64,000 nt of DNA from Chloroflexota bacterium. Its GTDB lineage: Bacteria; Chloroflexota; Dehalococcoidia; JACPEP01. The notes below the pieces were generated by a model. It had not been told where the DNA came from, searched no databases, and saw only the letters and a program-made list of their open reading frames with translations. The translations under genes and the position numbers were made by a program. The stretch's first letter is position 1, and every line of letters begins with the position of its first letter. The DNA lies in NCBI GenBank assembly GCA_016183425.1, contig JACPEP010000008.1, positions 21,048 through 85,047 of the forward strand, read 5' to 3'. Below, piece after piece: positions 1-6,727 of this stretch.

Positions 1-133
1 GCTTAGGAGCCTCCCGGAACATGATGTCGCAGATAGCGCCCATTTCCAGATTCCAGTGGGCCCCCTGTATGCGCTTAAGCTCCCCCAGTTCCTCCACCTG
101 CGTCAGCCAGTCTCGTAAATCTCGATAGGCCAT
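1..133 (-). CDS. UbiD-family decarboxylase, N-terminal start only; gene continues off the window
   Basis: Reverse translation from 133 gives MAYRDLRDWLTQVEELGELKRIQGAHWNLEMGAICD, which matches the conserved UbiD N-terminus (LRDFL..LE..GELKRI). AGGAGG sits 7 nt upstream of the ATG. Confidence 0.55.
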   Translation of the reverse strand, partial: MAYRDLRDWLTQVEELGELKRIQGAHWNLEMGAICDIMFREAPK

Positions 134-145
134 TTTGTTCCTCCT

Positions 146-754
146 TCAACGCGCCTGCCATGTTTCTGCCACCCGCCGCCGCTCCTCCTCCGTGAGGCCG
201 TAGAGGTCGTAGACCAGGACGTCTATCTCCCTATCGGTGCGGGCGATCTCCCGCTCCAAGTCTTCTCTCTCACTCTGGGGCAGTGACTTATCCGCCTTCC
301 GGCGATGCAGTTCCAGCATCCCCTCCACCAGGGCCACCAGCCGGCCATGCATCGCCTTCTCTTCCGGGTTATCAAAGTCGATGCGGGGAAGTGGGAGTTT
401 ACCAACATAATAGTCGTCAAAATCCATCGTTCTGATAGCATTGGAGAAGACGAATTTGTAGGCATACCAGGACGCAAATCGGGAATTTAACAAGGCTACA
501 ATAAATTGGTAGGCAAATCTTTGGTCGGTTAAGACAGTGTTCTCCACCGTATCTAAAGTAAGGACGCCGTCTTTGTCTAAGGCAGACATCAGGATTATAT
601 GGTCCGATGGTTGTAGCACATGAGCTACTATGCGTTGGGTCAAAACTTTGGGCTGGCTCAACAAAGAGACCTTTTCGTTCGCTGTTCTCAGGACTTTTTC
701 GGGTAGCCTTTCAGATGATTTATACAGCGCATACCTCTGATTTATACAGCGCAT
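146..754 (-). pseudogene. Orphan 3' fragment of a type IIG RM gene: diverged TRD half plus a conserved C-terminus. It is an alternative or remnant allele of the 3680..6601 gene.
   Basis: The 202-aa ORF ends ...DFDNPEEKAMHGRLVALVEGMLELHRRKADKSLPQSEREDLEREIARTDREIDVLVYDLYGLTEEERRRV. This is near-identical to the last ~60 aa of the 973-aa RM enzyme, while the upstream ~130 aa are a diverged homolog of its TRD. Nuclease and methylase domains are absent. The start lies inside a 22-bp tandem duplication. Confidence 0.75.
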
Positions 755-759
755 ACCTC
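716..759. repeat. Perfect 22-bp tandem duplication (tgatttatacagcgcatacctc x2) at the 5' boundary of the orphan RM fragment
   Basis: Read directly from the sequence at 716-737 and 738-759. 22 is not a multiple of 3. Confidence 0.8.
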
Positions 760-1000
760 GTAATGTGATCTCCTCGATAGACTGGCGGGCCTAGCAGGGT
801 GTTGAAAAAGCCTGTCGGCGGCGCTACTTGAGACGGCAATCGTGGCTAACTGGACTCAACTTTGGCCCAAGAGGCCGAATTTCAACAGCCTGTTAGGCAC
901 TGACGACCGACCAGACCCCGAAAGCCCAACGAGGCTCGAAACCAAGACTGCCACCTGAAGACGGGGACGAAGACTCTGCCCAAATAAAGAGTCAGGTCTA

Positions 1001-1300
1001 TTAGACATGATAGGTAATGCCGGCACTTGCTTCAAAATTCGCAGAACGTCCACAACGTGCGACAAATGTGCCTGCTGGTAGGTCAACCTCACAACTTGTC
1101 TTACCTTGCGCAAAGATTGGCGGTGACTGGTGGGGTGGATAGTGAAAAAGAAGTCCACGAATTTCGAAGCTAGAAGCCCACTGTCCTAGAGTTATCTTTA
1201 CTGTTTGGAAGGTGGGTATACTGAATATTGCTTCATGGTCAACAATCTCAAGATGGTTTGATTCTCTCCACCACCCAAAACGAACTGTCTTTTCTGTCAT
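1001..1300 (-). CDS. Hypothetical protein (99 aa)
   Basis: ORF with AGGGAG about 8 nt upstream of the ATG (rc of 1301-1322) in a locally lower-GC stretch. No recognisable motif. Confidence 0.3.
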   Translation of the reverse strand: MTEKTVRFGWWRESNHLEIVDHEAIFSIPTFQTVKITLGQWASSFEIRGLLFHYPPHQSPPIFAQGKTSCEVDLPAGTFVARCGRSANFEASAGITYHV

Positions 1301-1623
1301 ATTTCATCATCTCCCTTTAATGTTTTTCGGTAATTCCAAAGCCCATTTACCCGCAATTCCCAATGCCTGACGTTCGGCTTCAGCCGCTGCGGCCCAGGGC
1401 GCGGACGATCTCGAGCATATGTCCTCCAAACGCAACGAGGGTCTAACTATTGATTAGGCAGCACCTTTGAAGTACAATGCTCCCCAAGGAGTATTATACC
1501 GCAACCGCCTCGATATCGCCCCCCCCTAGCCTTCTGGCACGCACACCATACGGTGACAATTCGGAGATGGGGCACTTCCGCTACTAATTATATGACTTTT
1601 GTCAATACATTTGTGACGAGGCC

Positions 1624-1691
1624 GTTTAATAATGGGGGTTACAAGGGGGCGAAGCCCCTTTGACGGGGGTCTGGGGGTACCCCCCAGATAC
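1624..1691. repeat. Left copy of a ~68-bp GC-rich double-hairpin element. It is an inverted repeat of 6655..6723.
   Basis: The reverse complement matches 6655-6723 at ~93%. It contains the palindromes ctggggg-tac-ccccag and caagggggcgaagcccccttg. Confidence 0.8.
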
Positions 1692-1772
1692 ATCATCGCC
1701 CCTTTCGCTGCCTCTATTCTATCCCTTCGCCATTCCATCCACCCGCCGCCGCTCTTCCTCGGTGGGGCGGCA
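1692..1772 (-). repeat. Copy D, the shortest copy of the RM-gene 3' terminus plus stop-linker-RBS
   Basis: The minus strand encodes ...EEERRRVDGMAKG* followed by agaatagaggcagcgaaagg. This is the same motif found at the real RM stop (3680). Confidence 0.7.
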
Positions 1773-1808
1773 AGGTTGCCGGTGGGCTAGAAAAGGCGAG
1801 GCCTTCTT

Positions 1809-2164
1809 TTATGGTAAAGGTCGAGATCGCACCCGACCTGGCGTCACCACGGTTATATGGCTGATCAACTCTTGCAAATCTCTGCCCTCCATGAAATGAG
1901 ATAGAAGATGGGTCAAATCAATGGCGGTGTAGGTGTCTGGCGCCCTAATAAGAACTAGACCTGGGGGCGGGGACGTGGTTCTCGGAAGGGGAAAATCGAG
2001 GTCTCTGTAATAAGTATCCGTCCTTCCTGGGCGGCCTTTTGCCATATGAGGACGTCTTCGCTGCCCCTAAGGGGAGGATCGGCCACTTCTATGAGGTCAT
2101 GTCCCTGGTCGCGGAGTACCTCGGCCATCTGGCGGGGGAGGTTCTCATCGAGGAGGAAGCGCAT
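1809..2164 (-). pseudogene. DUF5615 (PIN-like/Mut7-C RNase) toxin, frameshifted
   Basis: N-part MRFLLDENLPRQMAEVLRDQGHDLIEVADPPLRGSEDVLIWQKAAQEGRILIT (2164..~2020). The C-part is in another frame: ...YYRDLDFPLPRTTSPPPGLVLIRAPDTYTAIDLTHLLSHFMEG...ITVVTPGRVR (to 1809). Together they cover a complete DUF5615 domain. Confidence 0.6.
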
Positions 2165-2375
2165 ACAGCCGTTCTTCTGCTAGTGCCTCGGCGGCGTAGG
2201 CTAGGGCGGCCAGCACGTCTTCTTGGGCGAGCCGATATTCCCGGCAGACTTCTTCTACCGTCATTCCTCCCGCTAGAGAGCCGATGACGACCTGGACGGG
2301 CACTCGGGTTCCTTTGATGACCGGCTTGCCCCCCATTATCTCGGGGTTGATGGTGATTCGCTCTTGCCAATTCAT
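2145..2375 (-). CDS. DUF433-family protein, the antitoxin-like partner of DUF5615
   Basis: MNWQERITINPEIMGGKPVIKGTRVPVQVVIGSLAGGMTVEEVCREYRLAQEDVLAALAYAAEA is the DUF433 signature. AGGAGG lies upstream and the gene overlaps the DUF5615 start. Confidence 0.7.
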   Translation of the reverse strand: MNWQERITINPEIMGGKPVIKGTRVPVQVVIGSLAGGMTVEEVCREYRLAQEDVLAALAYAAEALAEERLYALPPR

Positions 2376-2387
2376 AGACAGCGCCTC

Positions 2388-2577
2388 CTTTGCTGCCTCT
2401 ATTCTACCCCTTTGCCATTCCCTCCACCAGCCGCCGCTCCTCATCGGTGAGGCCGTAGAGGTCATAGACCAGGGCGTCTATCTCCCTATCGGTGCGGGCG
2501 ACCTTCCGCTCCCGGTCTTCTTTCTCACTCTGGGGGAGGGACTTATCCGCCTTCCGCCGATGCAACTCCAGCATGGG
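2388..2577 (-). repeat. Copy C of the RM-gene 3' terminus (~190 bp) plus stop-linker-RBS, immediately upstream of the DUF433 cassette
   Basis: Encodes ...MLELHRRKADKSLPQSEKEDRERKVARTDREIDALVYDLYGLTDEERRLVEGMAKG*, then aatagaggcagcaaaggagg followed by the DUF433 ATG. Confidence 0.8.
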
Positions 2578-2601
2578 ACTACCAAAGCTACTGCGACAGC
2601 A

Positions 2602-2823
2602 TTACATTAGTTTGATAAACTCGTCCACCCCAAGACCAGCTTGTCTGATGATGGCGCGCAACGTCCCTCCGTCCAATTCTCTATGGTCAGGAACGACCAC
2701 CTGGGCAAAGGGGTCATCTCGCCGCAAGATCATGTGGCTACCCTCTTGCCGCTTCAGGTAGAATCTAGCCTTACCAAGGGCCTTGACGCACTGGCGTCCG
2801 GAAACCCTCGGCAACTTGCTCAT
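2602..2823 (-). CDS. hicA: HicA-family mRNA-interferase toxin
   Basis: MSKLPRVSGRQCVKALGKARFYLKRQEGSHMILRRDD...GTLRAIIRQAGLGVDEFIKL is a typical HicA (GSH motif). It overlaps hicB by 4 nt. Confidence 0.8.
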   Translation of the reverse strand: MSKLPRVSGRQCVKALGKARFYLKRQEGSHMILRRDDPFAQVVVPDHRELDGGTLRAIIRQAGLGVDEFIKLM

Positions 2824-3026
2824 ACTGCCACTACCAACGTTTCAAAGCGCTCCTCAGGAACAGGCAGGCCATCTTCCTCTAATGCGGCAACGTAGCCCCG
2901 AATCGCCTCTTTGATGTTGGCAATGGCTTCTTCTTTCGTTTTCCCCTGACTTATGCACCCCGGCAAGCTGGGGCATTCAGCCACCCAGTACCCATCTTCG
3001 CCAGGATAAATTATCACTTGTCGCAT
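2820..3026 (-). CDS. hicB: HicB-family antitoxin
   Basis: MRQVIIYPGEDGYWVAECPSLPGCISQGKTKEEAIANIKEAIRGYVAAL matches the HicB/UPF0150 fold signature. Confidence 0.8.
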   Translation of the reverse strand: MRQVIIYPGEDGYWVAECPSLPGCISQGKTKEEAIANIKEAIRGYVAALEEDGLPVPEERFETLVVAV

Positions 3027-3057
3027 CTTTCACCTCCATGTGGTTCCAGGGCGAACA

Positions 3058-3222
3058 ATAAGCCACTCATATTCTACCCCTTCGCCGCTCCCACCACCAC
3101 CCGCCGCTCCTCCTCCGTGAGGCCGTAGAGGTCGTAGACCAGGGCGTCTATCTCCCTATCGGTGCGGGCGATCTCCCGCTCCATGTCTTCCTTCTCGCTT
3201 TGGGGGAGGGAGTTATCTGCCC
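3058..3222 (-). repeat. Copy B of the RM-gene 3' terminus (variant C-terminus ...EEERRVVVGAAKG*)
   Basis: ~90% nucleotide identity to 3698-3860. It is followed by the HicB cassette. Confidence 0.8.
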
Positions 3223-3380
3223 CGTAGCAGGGCGATGAGTTCTTGACGAGACATCTCTATGTCTCGTCCAATCTTGAGCAAGATACCTGGCCCCAGGACC
3301 TCCCCGAGGTGCACTGGCACTACCGTGGCTCTGCCATCGGGGTGTTTCAGGAAAACATGGCTTCCTCGTTGGCGCATCAC
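3213..3380 (-). pseudogene. hicA: hicA remnant in frame with the upstream hicB, separated by an in-frame TAG
   Basis: Hand translation of the minus strand after the TAG at 3381-3383 gives VMRQRGSHVFLKHPDGRATVVPVHLGEVLGPGILLKIGRDIEMSRQELIALLRGR*. The HicA N-terminal helix (LPALTGAEVVRALEQAGF) is encoded at the end of the hicB ORF. Confidence 0.65.
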
Positions 3381-3653
3381 CTAGAAGCCGGCCTGCTCCA
3401 ATGCTCGGACGACCTCGGCTCCAGTAAGGGCAGGGAGTCGGCTCACACAGCCACCCGCTGTACACCCACCAGTTCCAGGGGCTCCCTCCTCTTCGCCCTG
3501 CACCTCCAGGCACAGCCGGATAGCTTCCTTGATGCGCTCAAGGAGCTCGTCCAGGGAGCGGGCCTGGGTATGGCAGCCGGGCAAAGAAGGGACACTGGCT
3601 ACCAGGTAGCCCTCCTCGTCCCGCTCGATAACCACCGTGAACTCTTGTGCCAT
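3381..3653 (-). CDS. hicB: HicB-like antitoxin whose reading frame runs into the HicA N-terminus
   Basis: MAQEFTVVIERDEEGYLVASVPSLPGCHTQARSLDELLERIKEAIRLCLEVQGEE, then a G/A-rich linker, then LPALTGAEVVRALEQAGF, then TAG. Confidence 0.65.
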   Translation of the reverse strand: MAQEFTVVIERDEEGYLVASVPSLPGCHTQARSLDELLERIKEAIRLCLEVQGEEEGAPGTGGCTAGGCVSRLPALTGAEVVRALEQAGF

Positions 3654-3679
3654 GGCTCGCCTCCTTCGCTGCCTCTATT

Positions 3680-6601
3680 CTACCCTTTTGCCATTCCCTC
3701 CACCAGCCGCCGCTCCTCTTCCGTGAGGCCGTAGAGGTCGTAGACCAGGGCGTCCATCTCCCTATCGGTGCGGGCGATCTCCCGCTGGATGTCTTCTTTC
3801 TCGCTCTGGGGCAGTGACTTGTCCCCCTTCCGCTTGTGCAGCTCCAGCATCCCCTCCACCAGGGCCACTAGGCGATCATGCATGGCCTTCTCTTCCGGGT
3901 TATCGAAGTCGATGCACCGGATGGGGAGCTGGCGGAGGAACATGGTCTTATATATGAAAAAGCCGCCCATCTTGGGAACTGCTATTCGCTTGTAATAGTA
4001 TTCAAGCAATTTGGAATTCAGCAATGCCAGCAGATAGAGCCGGTTGGCTCGTGTATCATTCTTCAAAACGATGCCACAAACTGTGTCAAGATAGAATTGC
4101 TCGCTTGTGGCTAAGGCAAACTTGGACTCCGACGCGATCTCTTGACAGACGATTTTGCTGACGGCCTGCTTATCATAACTGCGCTCGTTCCACAGCTCAA
4201 ACCAGGCTTTGCCTGAACTCTCAAAATAGTGCCGTCCCGCAAGCTTATCTCGCTTGGACTGCAAGTAGCCATAAACCTTCGGATACAGCGCACTGAGATC
4301 TGTTTCCTCTAACGCAACGCTCTTGCCATTAAGCAAGGAATAGGGGTAAATCATGAGATGGGTCAGTTCTTCAAGATACCAACGTTCAACGTGTCTGCCT
4401 TGAATAGCAGGGCGAAGCAATGCTTCCTCTAGCCCAAGTTGCGCGGCAACTTGACTCGGTACTACGAACACTGAGTTCGCCCCAGTTACAACCCCCTCAT
4501 TGATGCCCTCAACTAACTCTCCCAGGCGGTCAACGCGTCCCGCTTTCACTGCCTCAATAACTGACCGAGCGCTAGGTGATACAAAAGTCCATCCCCCGGC
4601 GGAAAGCGCCGACTGTTTAATTGAATAAGATTCCGCTTCAAGTCCCCCGGCAAAGTAAACGAAGAAATGGTTTTCCGGCCTCCGTTTCTGCACAATGAGT
4701 AAACACGTATAATTTATTGCACCTTCAAACACCTGGCTGTGCTGGAAGTCAACAATGGCTGTGATTGCTGTACGGTCTTTAAGTAACTCCCTAAGACGTG
4801 CACCATGTTGTCGCTTCATGAAATTGGTCGGGCAAATAAAGCCCAAATAGCCTTCTTCTTTAAGTAATTGAAGGCCACGCTCAATAAAAGGTAAATACAG
4901 GTCGAAACGACCAATTGCGCTGTAGTAATTATTGCGCAAATAAGGCTTGTCCTCTTCAAACCCTTGAAATCCCAGATACGGTGGGTTTCCCAACACCACG
5001 TCGAAGCCGCCCCCCTTCGACAGGCTCAGGGCAGAGCGGGCCATGATGTCGGGGAACCCCTCCTCCCAGGTGAAGGGGTGCTTATCACGCCAGGCGTCGC
5101 CAAAGTAGGGCTTTAGCTCCGCCTCGCCGCCGGAGATGAGGGAGTTGCCGCGGCGGATTGTATCGGCCAGGCTGGGCAAAAGCTCCTGCTTGGCCAGGGC
5201 GCGCAGGAGCAGGTTCAGCCGGGCGATCTGCACTGCCTGGTCGTCCAGGTCTACGCCAAAGATATTGCGGGTGAGGATGCTTATACGCTCGGCCCAGCCT
5301 AGCTCTGAGGGGGTCCTACCCTGCACCCGGGCATGATAGGCCAGAAGTTCGTCGTAGGCGCGGATGAGAAAGGAGCCGGAGCCGCAGGCCGGGTCGAGGA
5401 TCTTCATATTGAAGACTTCATCATAGGTGCGCTCCGCCAGGAAGCGCCCCACTGTCTGGCGGACGATATAGTCCACCACCCACCTGGGGGTGTAGTAGAT
5501 GCCCTGGGCCTTACGCTTTTGCTTCTTGGCGGCTAGCTCATAGCTCAGGTCTTCACCCTTGCCCAAAAGCCTTAACTGCCTTTCCTCTTGCCGAGCGCGC
5601 TCCTTCATCACTTCGGCTACATGGCCCAGGTATTGCTCATAGACGGCCCCCAGAACATCGGCGTCGATGGCGGCGAAGTCGTAACCGGCCAGGCTCCGCG
5701 GCCGTTCGTAGAGCCCCTTAAGGATGTCTCCCAGGATATCGCTTGTGACAAAGACGGAGTCCCAGGGATTGAGGACAGGGAAAAGGTCGCTGTCGTAGCG
5801 TTGGGCGAATTCGTGGAATATGCGTCGAACATCGTCGAGAAGTTCGCCCGTATAGCCGCCGTGGCTCCCTCGCTGGTGAAGGGCCGCCAGGAGAAGGTGC
5901 TCCTCGATGCCCCTGTCCTCGGCGGTGCGGATGAAGATGAGGCGATTCAACAACTGCTGGATGAGCTCGTCGATTTGAGGGAGGCTCAGCCCAGGGTGAT
6001 ACTTGGCAATTTCGTTAAACAGCGTCTCCCGCCACTGGCGCAACTGGTCAAAGAGGCTCTTTTCCACCGGAACCCTGGGGCGCAGCGCCCCATACTGCCT
6101 TGCCTCCCTTTCGAAATGGCCGCTCTGCCAAGAAGATTTGGAGAGAAGCCAGAGCTTCTCGAAGTTCTCCAGGTAGTCCTGGGAGTCCAGACTGATGAAC
6201 AGTCGTTCCTCCTCAGCGCTAAAGACGCGCAACGCCCTGAAGTTGGTTAGTACCGCCCAGTTGACTCCTTTATTGTAGGCGTAAGTGATGGCCTGTCTTT
6301 TGAATTCAAGGTCATCCAAGTTCCGATAGGGACGTTTGACCTCGACAATGAACTGGGTTACCCCGCCAATACGGAAAATATAATCGGCCCTTTCGCGGGC
6401 CACGTTGTCCTCTACTGAGACTTCGTCGGGGTTCCGCACATCCCAGCCCAGGGCCTCGAAGAGGGGATTGATGAAGGACTGACGCGTTTGCGCCTCGTTC
6501 ATGCGGCGCAGTTGGGCATCCGTCCGCCGGTGGAAGTCTGCCACCATTGTGTCGATCTGGCGCTGGGCCTCTTCCTTAGTCATGGAGAGAGCGTTTAGCA
6601 A
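3680..6601 (-). CDS. Type IIG (type IIL/MmeI- or Eco57I-like) restriction-modification enzyme. It fuses an N-terminal PD-ExK nuclease, an N6-adenine methyltransferase and a C-terminal TRD.
   Basis: 973 aa. The N-terminus has D...EVK (RADYIFRIGG..FIVEVKRP). MTase motif I is ILDPACGSGSFL and motif IV is LGNPPYLG. The C-terminal TRD has the LLALLNS motif. Confidence 0.85.
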   Translation of the reverse strand: MLNALSMTKEEAQRQIDTMVADFHRRTDAQLRRMNEAQTRQSFINPLFEALGWDVRNPDEVSVEDNVARERADYIFRIGGVTQFIVEVKRPYRNLDDLEFKRQAITYAYNKGVNWAVLTNFRALRVFSAEEERLFISLDSQDYLENFEKLWLLSKSSWQSGHFEREARQYGALRPRVPVEKSLFDQLRQWRETLFNEIAKYHPGLSLPQIDELIQQLLNRLIFIRTAEDRGIEEHLLLAALHQRGSHGGYTGELLDDVRRIFHEFAQRYDSDLFPVLNPWDSVFVTSDILGDILKGLYERPRSLAGYDFAAIDADVLGAVYEQYLGHVAEVMKERARQEERQLRLLGKGEDLSYELAAKKQKRKAQGIYYTPRWVVDYIVRQTVGRFLAERTYDEVFNMKILDPACGSGSFLIRAYDELLAYHARVQGRTPSELGWAERISILTRNIFGVDLDDQAVQIARLNLLLRALAKQELLPSLADTIRRGNSLISGGEAELKPYFGDAWRDKHPFTWEEGFPDIMARSALSLSKGGGFDVVLGNPPYLGFQGFEEDKPYLRNNYYSAIGRFDLYLPFIERGLQLLKEEGYLGFICPTNFMKRQHGARLRELLKDRTAITAIVDFQHSQVFEGAINYTCLLIVQKRRPENHFFVYFAGGLEAESYSIKQSALSAGGWTFVSPSARSVIEAVKAGRVDRLGELVEGINEGVVTGANSVFVVPSQVAAQLGLEEALLRPAIQGRHVERWYLEELTHLMIYPYSLLNGKSVALEETDLSALYPKVYGYLQSKRDKLAGRHYFESSGKAWFELWNERSYDKQAVSKIVCQEIASESKFALATSEQFYLDTVCGIVLKNDTRANRLYLLALLNSKLLEYYYKRIAVPKMGGFFIYKTMFLRQLPIRCIDFDNPEEKAMHDRLVALVEGMLELHKRKGDKSLPQSEKEDIQREIARTDREMDALVYDLYGLTEEERRLVEGMAKG

Positions 6602-6654
6602 CCTTTTTCGACCATCCCCCTGGCCCCCTTCCTGGCCAGGAAGGGGGTGGTAAT

Positions 6655-6723
6655 GTATCTGGGGGACACCCCCAGACCCCCGTCAAAGGGGGCTTCGCCC
6701 CCTTGCAACCCCCGTTATTAAAC
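6655..6723. repeat. Right copy of the ~68-bp double-hairpin element, 54 bp upstream of the RM start codon and 5 bp after the coxL stop
   Basis: gtatctgggggacacccccagacccccgtcaaagggggcttcgcccccttgcaacccccgttattaaac. It is an inverted repeat of 1624-1691. Confidence 0.8.
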
Positions 6724-6727
6724 AGTC

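Noticed and set aside
1526-1899. Small ORFs 1526-1738 (-) and 1660-1899 (+) overlapping the IR element and repeat copy D
   Set aside because: They are translations of repeat and hairpin sequence. They have no RBS and their composition is dominated by Pro/Gly/Arg.
3243-3734. 163-aa plus-strand ORF across the hicB-hicA cassette and the RM gene end
   Set aside because: It is antisense to the HicB/HicA homology and spans a repeat copy. No motif was found.
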